Part shown: positions 55,864 through 64,000 of the stretch, piece after piece | How the letters are laid out: every line of letters starts with the position of its first letter | Numbering within the stretch: position 1 is the stretch's first letter | Assembly: GCA_964603385.1 (NCBI GenBank) | Contig: CAZRUS010000012.1 | Location: 3,738 to 67,737, forward strand | Length of the DNA: 64,000 nucleotides | Reading direction: 5' to 3' | Source of the DNA: an uncultured Anaerolineales bacterium | Lineage (GTDB): Bacteria; Chloroflexota; Anaerolineae; Anaerolineales; UBA11858 | Position numbers and translations under genes: made by a program | The notes under the pieces: generated by a model | What the model saw: only the letters and a program-made list of their open reading frames with translations | Told to the model about the DNA's origin: nothing | Databases searched by the model: none

Positions 55864-56610
55864 ATGTCCGGTCATTCCAAGTGGTCGACCATTAAAAGAA
55901 AGAAAGCCAAAGAAGATGCCCGGCGGGGTAAGATCTTCACCAAATTAGCCCGGGAAATTGAGATTGCTGCCCGGGACGGCGGCGATCCGGAGATTAATTT
56001 TGGCCTGCGTTTAGCGATCGATCGGGCCAAAGAAGCCAATATGCCCAATGAGAACATAGAACGGGCGATCCGGCGGGGAACGGGAGAAGATCGCGATGCT
56101 GCGAAAATGGAAAAGATCCCCTATGAGGGATATGCGCCGCATGGCATCGCCTTGATTATCAATACCATCACGGATAATCGGAATCGAACGGTCTCGGATA
56201 TCCGCCACATTCTGACAAAACACGGTGGCAATATGGGACAGGAGGGGTCGGTTGCCTGGCAGTTTACAAAAAAATCTTATTTCAATATACCCAAAGAGGC
56301 CTGTGATTACGAGGATCTTTTTGAAATCGCCGTAGAAACCGGAGTAGATGACGTGGTAGATGAAGAGGAGTACTTCGAGATCATTGGCCCGGTGGAGGTC
56401 TTTAAACATACGCATGATGCCCTGAAGGCGGCTGAGATCCCCATTGAGGATTCCGGCCTGCGGATGGAACCAAACCAGGAAATCGACCTCGCCCTTGATG
56501 AGACGCTCCAGGTCATGCAGGTGATCGATAGCCTGGAGGATCTGGATGATGTCCAGCGAGTGTACACCAACCTGAAAATCAGCGAAGACGCGCTGGAAAA
56601 AGTCGGCTGA
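55864..56610 (+). CDS. yebC: YebC/PmpR-family transcriptional regulator
   Basis: MSGHSKWSTIKRKKAKEDARRGKIF N-terminus. Confidence 0.9.
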   Translation: MSGHSKWSTIKRKKAKEDARRGKIFTKLAREIEIAARDGGDPEINFGLRLAIDRAKEANMPNENIERAIRRGTGEDRDAAKMEKIPYEGYAPHGIALIINTITDNRNRTVSDIRHILTKHGGNMGQEGSVAWQFTKKSYFNIPKEACDYEDLFEIAVETGVDDVVDEEEYFEIIGPVEVFKHTHDALKAAEIPIEDSGLRMEPNQEIDLALDETLQVMQVIDSLEDLDDVQRVYTNLKISEDALEKVG

Positions 56611-56613
56611 GAG

Positions 56614-57120
56614 ATGTCATCTTCAAGAATTGCCATGGGGATAGATCCTGGAACAGCAATCACTGGATATGGTCTGGTAAAGGAAACCAGCCGGGGAGAT
56701 CTGAAGTGGGTGCAGCACGGCGTAGTGAGAACGCCCAGCGACTGGGAGGAACCCCGTCGGCTGCTGTACATCTACGAAGCGCTCCGCGAGATTGTGGAAA
56801 CCTACCGACCTGACTGCTGCGCGGTAGAACAGCTGTTTTTCCAGAAAAATGTTAAAACGGCAATCCGTGTCGGCCAGGGTCGAGGGGCGGCATTGATCGC
56901 CGTCGCTGCCTATGAACTGGAAATGGGAGAGTACTCTCCCTCCGAAATCAAGCAGGCCGTGGTAGGATATGGAAATGCAGACAAGCGGCAGATCCAGCAG
57001 ATGGTCGGCATGCTGCTGGGTATGGAGGAGGCTCCTCAACCGGATGATGCCGCTGACGCACTGGCAGTGGCAATTTGCCATCTTCACACGACAAGAAAGT
57101 TGAGGGTATCCAAATTATGA
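56614..57120 (+). CDS. ruvC: crossover junction endodeoxyribonuclease RuvC
   Basis: GIDPGTAITGYGLV and DDAADALAVAICH motifs. Confidence 0.9.
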   Translation: MSSSRIAMGIDPGTAITGYGLVKETSRGDLKWVQHGVVRTPSDWEEPRRLLYIYEALREIVETYRPDCCAVEQLFFQKNVKTAIRVGQGRGAALIAVAAYELEMGEYSPSEIKQAVVGYGNADKRQIQQMVGMLLGMEEAPQPDDAADALAVAICHLHTTRKLRVSKL

Positions 57121-58379
57121 TTGGTACGGATCTGTTTTTCCGGTTTGGCGCCGCCCTGCTGATTGGTATGCTGATCGGTATGCAGCGTGAGTACGCCAAA
57201 GGGATCAAAAAAGAGGGTTTCTTTGCCGGTGTGCGCACTTATTCCTTAATGTCCCTTTTTGGAGCAGCTTCGGCGCTGATCACGGATGTCTATGCCACGC
57301 CGATCATTTTCTTCGGACTGACCTTAATCGTTGGTATGACAGTGATCATCGCTTATTACGTGGGGGCCACCACCCGGAAAGAGGTCGGCTTGACCAGCGA
57401 GGTCGCTGCCCTGCTCACAGTTTTAATTGGGGGGATCTGCTATGCCCATTCTGTGGAATTTGCTGTAGCGCTGGGTGTGGCGGTGACGGTGATGCTGGCT
57501 GTGAAATGGGAATTCCGCCATTTCGTCCAGGTGATTACCCAGGAAGACATCCTGGCCACCCTGCAGTTTGCCGTGATTACGGCTATTGTCCTGCCTGTCC
57601 TTCCCAACCAGACCTACGGTCCGCCTCCGCTGGATGTGCTCAACCCCCACAACATCTGGAGAATGGTGGTATTCATCTCCGGGATCAACTTCCTGGGGTA
57701 CATATTGATTAAAGTGGTGGGACCGAAAAGAGGGATTGGATTGAGCGGCCTGCTGGGAGGGTTGGCCTCCAGCACGGCCAACACATTGAGTTTTTCTCAG
57801 CGGAGCAACGTGCAGGAGGGATTGGACCGGCCCTTTGCCGTGGCCATCATTGCCGGCTGGGCGATCATGTTCATCCGGGTCATTGTGGAAGTTGCTGTTG
57901 TCAATCTGGCTCTTGTTGAGCTGATCTGGCCGGCGATGCTGCTGATGGCAGCTTCCGGTGCTCTCTACGCAGTGTATTTATACTTCACCCAGAAGGCGAT
58001 TGATGAGGAAGAACTGGAACTTTCCAATCCCTTTGAACTGGGCCCGGCCATCAAGTTCGGGCTGGTCTTTGCCCTGGTGCTGCTGATATCTAAAGCGACT
58101 GAAGTATATCTGGGCACCAAGGGATTATATGTCTCCAGTTTTTTGGCTGGGCTGGCTGATGTGGATGCCATTACCCTCTCCATTGCTGACCTGACCCGGA
58201 ACAGCAATGGCATCAGCCTCGAGGTCGGAAAACGGGCCATTGTCCTGGCAGCGATCGCCAATACTGCCTCCAAAGGAGCCCTGGTCATTTCGCTGGGTTC
58301 CCGTCGGCTGCGAAAAGTGGTCTGGCCGGCATTCGGGATTATTCTGGCCATCGGGTTGGCCTTTATTTTCTTCTATTAA
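57117..58379 (+). CDS. MgtC/SapB-family membrane protein with a DUF4010 extension
   Basis: FRFGAALLIGMLIGMQREYA N-terminus, then about 10 further TM helices. ATGA overlap with the ruvC stop. Confidence 0.7.
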   Translation: MIGTDLFFRFGAALLIGMLIGMQREYAKGIKKEGFFAGVRTYSLMSLFGAASALITDVYATPIIFFGLTLIVGMTVIIAYYVGATTRKEVGLTSEVAALLTVLIGGICYAHSVEFAVALGVAVTVMLAVKWEFRHFVQVITQEDILATLQFAVITAIVLPVLPNQTYGPPPLDVLNPHNIWRMVVFISGINFLGYILIKVVGPKRGIGLSGLLGGLASSTANTLSFSQRSNVQEGLDRPFAVAIIAGWAIMFIRVIVEVAVVNLALVELIWPAMLLMAASGALYAVYLYFTQKAIDEEELELSNPFELGPAIKFGLVFALVLLISKATEVYLGTKGLYVSSFLAGLADVDAITLSIADLTRNSNGISLEVGKRAIVLAAIANTASKGALVISLGSRRLRKVVWPAFGIILAIGLAFIFFY

Positions 58380-58391
58380 GCCTGGGGTGAC

Positions 58392-58967
58392 ATGATAGCC
58401 AGCATACACGGAAAAATTACCCGCATCGATGAGGGATCGCTGGTTCTGGATGTCCATGGTTTGGGTTTTCAGGTGTATGTACCGGAAGGGTTGCCCCTGA
58501 CCGTTCGCCGGGGAGAAGCGCTCACCTTGTTCACCTACCTGGCAGTCCGGGAAGATTCCTTGACTCTATATGGATTTCTTACCCAGGAGGAGGTGGATCT
58601 TTTTTCACTGCTGCTCCGGGTCAACGGCGTGGGACCGCGGCTGGCGCTGCAGATGCTCTCCACCCACACACCAGAAGTCATCCAGCGCGCGGTAGTGCAG
58701 AAGCAGCAGGCGGTATTCGCTCAGGTATCAGGGATAGGCAGCAAGACAGCCCAGAAAATCATTCTCTCCCTGGAAGACCGCATTCCAGAGCGGGCATCGT
58801 TTGAGGATCTTGGCGCAGCCAGTGAACTCAACTCGGAAGTCCAGGAAGCGCTGGTAGCCCTGGGCTACAGTGTGGTTGAAGCCCAGACCGCCCTGCAGTC
58901 CCTTCCGGAAGATGCCCCTGAAAATCTGGAAGAAAGATTGACCATGGCTCTGCAGTATTTCAGCTGA
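58392..58967 (+). CDS. ruvA: Holliday junction DNA helicase subunit RuvA
   Basis: MIASIHGKI...LVLDVHGLGFQVYVP and LLRVNGVGPRLAL HhH motifs. Confidence 0.9.
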   Translation: MIASIHGKITRIDEGSLVLDVHGLGFQVYVPEGLPLTVRRGEALTLFTYLAVREDSLTLYGFLTQEEVDLFSLLLRVNGVGPRLALQMLSTHTPEVIQRAVVQKQQAVFAQVSGIGSKTAQKIILSLEDRIPERASFEDLGAASELNSEVQEALVALGYSVVEAQTALQSLPEDAPENLEERLTMALQYFS

Positions 58968-58981
58968 GGATCGGAGTTTGC

Positions 58982-59010
58982 TGGACAATCATTTGCCCAT
59001 CAGGTATCAT
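58982..59010 (+). promoter_or_regulatory. candidate promoter TGGACA-N17-TATCAT immediately after ruvA
   Basis: Read directly: -35 at 58982-58987, a 17-nt spacer, -10 at 59005-59010. Confidence 0.4.
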
Positions 59011-59016
59011 TTCAAC

Positions 59017-59513
59017 GGCTGCTCTCAGTGTACCTGGAGAGTTGGGCCCGCTTTCTTCCGACTGTCCAGGACCTGGAAGGGGCGCAGTTCGGAAAGGGAG
59101 TCCTGAGAACCGCCTTCATCTAGAAAAACAGCGGCTTTGAAGGATCATCGGGGGGGACAACGGTGATCTCAGGATGGGTATGAACATGCGCAGGCCGAAG
59201 CGCAGCCCCTTCCTTACCGCTGGGAGTTGGGCTGATTATCCGGGAAGGTGAATGCTGTTGGCCAGCCGGGGACGGAAGCAATCCGGGAAGCGTTAGCAGG
59301 GTTCGCGCCAGAGAGCGGTTTGCCCCGGGTAGAAAGAGCGTGGGAACATGGGCCGGCTCTGACGACTGGGATCAAGGTGGATGGGTTCAGTCAACCGATT
59401 GGCCGCTGACAGCGGGAGCTGAATTACGGACACCAGACCACAGCTTAGGAAGATAAAACAGGCGAACAGTAATCCCAGCCCCAGGGAATGGGGCGGACTG
59501 AGTAAGGAATCTC
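59017..59513 (+). ncRNA. about 500-nt ORF-free, highly base-paired region (candidate structured RNA or long mreB leader); family unknown
   Basis: No ORF of 60 aa or more in any frame. Long-range helix 59075-59083 (GGAAGGGGC) with 59205-59213 (GCCCCUUCC), extended by 59084-59092 with 59195-59203. Nested helices 59101-59106 with 59169-59174 and 59143-59150 with 59161-59168. Hairpin 59478-59494. Direct repeat ATCCGGGAAG at 59238 and 59281. Confidence 0.35.
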
Positions 59514-60524
59514 ATGGCATTATTTTCACAGGATCTGGGGATCGATTTAGGGACGTATTACACGATGATTGCAGAGGGGGGGGTGCTGCTTTCTCGGGAA
59601 CCAACCGTAGTCGCTATTGCCATTGAAGAACAAAAGATCGTGGAACTTGGCCAGGCAGCCAAGGAGATGTTCGGCCGGGTCCCTGACACCCTGGAAATCG
59701 CCCGCCCATTAAAAAACGGTGTCATCGCCGATTATGAGGTTACCCAGAAACTGCTCGCTCATATGATCCGGGGGGTCACCGGCCCCATCCGTCTCTTCCA
59801 TCCCCGGGTGATCGTTACCGTTCCCTATGGGGTCACCAGTGTGGAAAGCCGGGCTGTCCAGGAAGCCGTGCTGGAGGCTGGAGCCCGGGAAGTGTTCTTG
59901 ATGGAAACCCCGCTGGCTGCTGCCCTGGGCATTGATCTACCGATCAACACACCTACCGGGAATATGATTCTTAATCTTGGCGGTGGAGCCAGTCAGGCAG
60001 CGGTGCTGGCCATGTATGGGATTGTATCGGCTGCTACTTTAAGAAAAGGGGGAGTGGATCTTGATGAGGCCATCGCCACCTACGTGCGCCGCAAGTATGG
60101 GCTGGTGATTGCCCAGCCGACGGCCGAGCGCATCAAGCTGGAAATTGGAGCGGCGGTGCCTCAGGATCAAAACGCCGGGATCGAAGTTCAGGGCCAGGAT
60201 CAGGTGACCGGGCTGCCGCAGCCGCTGACCCTGAAAACAGGTGAGGTTGTCGAAGCCCTGCAGGATCCGCTGAAGGAGATCGTGGAGACCTCCCGGAAAG
60301 TATTGGAAAAAACGCCTCCTGAGCTGGTTTCGGATATCATCGACCGGGGAATCGCTCTCAGTGGAGGAAGCGCGCTGCTGCCGGGCATTGAGAAGCTGCT
60401 GACCAAAGAGCTGGGGGTTCCCACGTACCTGGTGGATAATCCCACCACCTGTGTGGTGGAAGGCGCATCGAAAGCCTTTGCCCCGCATATTTTCCCAAAG
60501 ATCAGGCGCAGTTTGCTGGTGTGA
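59514..60524 (+). CDS. mreB: rod-shape-determining actin homologue MreB
   Basis: LGIDLGTYYT, NGVIADYEVT and LNLGGGAS motifs. Confidence 0.9.
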   Translation: MALFSQDLGIDLGTYYTMIAEGGVLLSREPTVVAIAIEEQKIVELGQAAKEMFGRVPDTLEIARPLKNGVIADYEVTQKLLAHMIRGVTGPIRLFHPRVIVTVPYGVTSVESRAVQEAVLEAGAREVFLMETPLAAALGIDLPINTPTGNMILNLGGGASQAAVLAMYGIVSAATLRKGGVDLDEAIATYVRRKYGLVIAQPTAERIKLEIGAAVPQDQNAGIEVQGQDQVTGLPQPLTLKTGEVVEALQDPLKEIVETSRKVLEKTPPELVSDIIDRGIALSGGSALLPGIEKLLTKELGVPTYLVDNPTTCVVEGASKAFAPHIFPKIRRSLLV

Positions 60525-60601
60525 AGGGGAAGCGCTGATTTGGCAACAAAAATACCCCGGAAACCGGGGTATTTTCAATTAAATCCGCAGTCCAGGGAAG
60601 G

Positions 60602-61234
60602 TCAGGAAAGATAATAACTTAACTTCTGCAGGTGTACGGTTGGATCGATGTGTTCGATCTGCACGTTTTTGGGGGCCTTGAGATAGATAGGAGCATAATT
60701 CAAGATCGCGGTGATCCCTGCTTCGACCAGGCTGTCAATGGCAGTCTGTGCATTTTCAGCGGGGACGGCCAGCACGGCAATCTCGATTCCATGTTCCCGG
60801 ATAAATGGCTCCATGTGGTCGACATGCTGAATGGTCAGCCCCCCAACCTCTTCCCCAATTTTTTCCGTATCCACGTCAAAGATGGCAGCGACCTGAAATC
60901 CTCGATCGACGAATCCATCGTAGCGGGCTAATCCGCGGCCGATGTCTCCGGCGCCAACGATAATTGTCTTCCAGACCTGATCGATGTTCAGGATTTCATT
61001 CAGCTTGCAGATCAGAAAATCAATTTCATATCCGGTACCCCGCTTGCCCAGTTCCCCGAAATGCGAGAGGTCCTTTCTGATTTGGGCGGCGGAGATATCC
61101 AGCAACTCTCCCAGCTCATGGGATGAGGCATAAACACTGCCTTCTTTCTTTAACCGCTGCAAAGCGCGAAGGTACAGGGGGAGACGGCCAATAATAATCC
61201 GGGGAATTCTACCTGGCATGAGATCCCTTTTCAA
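60602..61234 (-). CDS. rex: redox-sensing transcriptional repressor Rex
   Basis: RLPLYLRAL...SSHELGELLDISAAQIRKDLSHFGELGKRGTGYEI winged helix plus Rossmann IVGAGDIGRGL. Start is TTG at 61234 or ATG at 61219. Confidence 0.9.
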   Translation of the reverse strand: MKRDLMPGRIPRIIIGRLPLYLRALQRLKKEGSVYASSHELGELLDISAAQIRKDLSHFGELGKRGTGYEIDFLICKLNEILNIDQVWKTIIVGAGDIGRGLARYDGFVDRGFQVAAIFDVDTEKIGEEVGGLTIQHVDHMEPFIREHGIEIAVLAVPAENAQTAIDSLVEAGITAILNYAPIYLKAPKNVQIEHIDPTVHLQKLSYYLS

Positions 61235-61447
61235 AACAGCTGGTTTGCTTGTGAGAATTTGAACTATTCTACCACAGGCAAGGGGAAAGTTCCCGATGGT
61301 ATAATTACCCGCAGGGTTTGAAGCCGGGGAACCAGCTCTCTTTATTGGAGATCAGCAAACCGGGAAGCTGGCTGGGACGCTGTGCTGGGAATTTCGCTTT
61401 CCCCTCTTCAGAAGAGGTTTTAGAATAGGTTTCCTTGAAACACCTGA

Positions 61448-62734
<1,287 letters not shown>

Positions 62735-62739
62735 CTGCT

Positions 62740-63354
62740 GTGATAAAGCTGGGGTTCTTTGGGGGGACGTTTGATCCCCCTCATATCGGACACTTGATTT
62801 TAGCCTCAGAGGGACATTACCAGCTGGGTCTGCAGCAGCTGGATTGGATCCTGACACCGCTTCCACCGCACAAAAAAGCGGAGGAAATCACGCCGGCAGA
62901 GATTCGGCTGAAGATGATTCAAGAGGTGGTTGAGAAAGACAGCCAGTTTCAGTTGTCCCGGGTTGATCTTGACCGTCCAGCCCCCCATTATACAGCGGAT
63001 ACGATGGAGATCCTTCGCGAGCGTCTGCCCGGTGCAGAAATCACCTACCTGGTGGGGGAGGATTCACTGAGAGATCTCCCCAACTGGCACGACCCCCTGC
63101 GGTTTTTGGCACATATTGATCAGCTGGCTGTTCTGGAAAGGCCAGGGATTATCACGGATATTCAAAAGCTGGATGAAGAGCTCCCCGGGTTGAAAGATCT
63201 GGTTACCACCTTGAAAGGCCCAAAACTGGAGATTTCTTCCTCCGATATTCGCAGACGGATCGCTGCGGGGAGGCCGTACCGGTTCTTTGTCCTGGAGGAG
63301 ACCTTCCGAACGATCGAAACGCTGGGTCTGTATGCAGCTCAGCAAGCGGAATAA
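62740..63354 (+). CDS. nadD: nicotinate-nucleotide adenylyltransferase
   Basis: GFFGGTFDPPHIGH motif. GTG start. Confidence 0.9.
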   Translation: MIKLGFFGGTFDPPHIGHLILASEGHYQLGLQQLDWILTPLPPHKKAEEITPAEIRLKMIQEVVEKDSQFQLSRVDLDRPAPHYTADTMEILRERLPGAEITYLVGEDSLRDLPNWHDPLRFLAHIDQLAVLERPGIITDIQKLDEELPGLKDLVTTLKGPKLEISSSDIRRRIAAGRPYRFFVLEETFRTIETLGLYAAQQAE

Positions 63355-63377
63355 ACTCAGGAGGAGTATTTACTACC

Positions 63378-64000
63378 ATGACCTGGACGACCTTTATCGA
63401 AACGGAAGCGCTCCAGAATCACCTCGGAGATCACCACTGGGTGGTAGTGGACTGCCGATTTTCGCTTCAGAAGCCCGAATGGGGACGGAAAGAATACCGG
63501 AAAAGTCATATTCCTGGCGCCGTTTACGCTCATCTGGATGAGGATTTATCCGGGGAGATTGTTACCGGTTTGACCGGAAGGCATCCCTTCCCAGAACCGG
63601 ATGTCTTCGCCCGACGGCTTTCCAGCTGGGGGGTGAGCAATCAATCCCAGGTGGTCGCCTACGACGGATCTCACGGAGCCATCGCCGCCCGCCTGTGGGG
63701 GCTGCTGCGCTGGTTAGGCCATGAAAAGGCTGCCGTACTTAATGGGGGCTGGTCAGCCTGGGTTTCAGAGGAAAGGCCGGTCTCAGAAGAGATCCCTGAA
63801 CCGGAAAGGGCAGTTTTCTCACCGGATCCTGATCACCAGCTGCTGGTAGATTCTGATTTTGTCCGCACAATCCTGCAGGATCAAAGCTATCTGCTGGTGG
63901 ATTCTCGCAATCGTGAGCGCTACTTGGGCGAAGAAGAACCCATTGATTCTGTGGCCGGTCATATTCCCGGGGCTGTCTCCCTTCCCTATCCTGGAAATTT
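63378..64000 (+). CDS. rhodanese-domain sulfurtransferase (thiosulfate/3-mercaptopyruvate type), 3' end outside the window
   Basis: My own translation: MTWTTFIETEALQNHLGDHHWVVVDCRFSLQKPEWGRKEYRKSHIPGAVYAHLDEDLSG...LVDSRNRERYLGEEEPIDSVAGHIPGAVSLPY. Open to the window end, so absent from the ORF track. Confidence 0.75.
   Translation, partial: MTWTTFIETEALQNHLGDHHWVVVDCRFSLQKPEWGRKEYRKSHIPGAVYAHLDEDLSGEIVTGLTGRHPFPEPDVFARRLSSWGVSNQSQVVAYDGSHGAIAARLWGLLRWLGHEKAAVLNGGWSAWVSEERPVSEEIPEPERAVFSPDPDHQLLVDSDFVRTILQDQSYLLVDSRNRERYLGEEEPIDSVAGHIPGAVSLPYPGN

Noticed and set aside
58968-59513. RNase P RNA, SRP RNA, a cobalamin, c-di-GMP or c-di-AMP riboswitch, or a ruvB pseudogene as the identity of the ruvA-mreB spacer.
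   Set aside because: - There are superficial resemblances only (GGAAAGGGAGUCC versus the RNase P GGAAAGUCC, GGAAGCA versus SRP, GGGGGGAC and GGUGAAU versus ydaO).
- The required complementary strands, spacing and remaining conserved blocks are absent.
- No frame shows RuvB Walker motifs.
- I keep it as an unknown structured RNA candidate.
61249-61266. Rex autoregulatory operator TTGTGAGAATTTGAACTA upstream of rex.
   Set aside because: - Only the left half-site matches the Rex consensus.
- The right half (TGAACTA versus TTCACAA) is poor.
- That is too weak to call without a PWM scan.

Overview
This is a densely coding, moderately GC-rich chromosomal segment with about 65 CDS. I saw no rRNA, tRNA, CRISPR array, transposase or integrase. 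Gene content looks like an anaerobic or facultative monoderm bacterium, possibly Chloroflexota (Anaerolineae-like), but that is inference only.

Main blocks:
- **1-12.3 kb:** transporters and housekeeping genes (YfcC, DUF2817 peptidase-like, surE, YibE/F, PhoR/PhoB-like two-component pair, SDR epimerase, NUDIX, acyltransferase, pgl).
- **12.6-14.3 kb:** ECF sigma, DegV and a small membrane protein.
- **14.5-18.1 kb:** a translationally coupled isochorismatase-like / TrxR-like flavoprotein / RlmN-Cfr-like radical SAM cassette, then an orphan XdhC.
- **18.1-23.3 kb:** TetR, two ABC exporter half-transporters and a patatin; a Trx-VKOR fusion follows.
- **24.8-31.9 kb:** an hdrCBA-mvhDGA-protease operon (group 3c [NiFe] hydrogenase with heterodisulfide-reductase-like proteins). 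It diverges from tkt-rpiB-tal across an AT-rich control region.
- **37.4-37.7 kb:** an IscA/HesB-like gene interrupted by an in-frame TGA at the ligand-cysteine position. This is a probable selenoprotein.
- **40.0-43.7 kb:** three tandem paralogous lipoproteins carrying an NBR1-like four-tryptophan (FW) domain.
- **45.5-50.7 kb:** a ribokinase / nucleoside hydrolase / ECF transporter operon.
- **From 50.8 kb:** HIT, hutH, smpB, an L,D-transpeptidase, yebC-ruvC-(MgtC/DUF4010)-ruvA, a roughly 500-nt ORF-free and highly base-paired region upstream of mreB, then rex, obg, nadD and a partial rhodanese.

The best candidates for something under-described are:
- the recoded HesB-like gene;
- the FW-lipoprotein triplet;
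- the structured RNA region upstream of mreB;
- the radical-SAM cassette.

All family calls come from motif recognition by eye. No database search was run.
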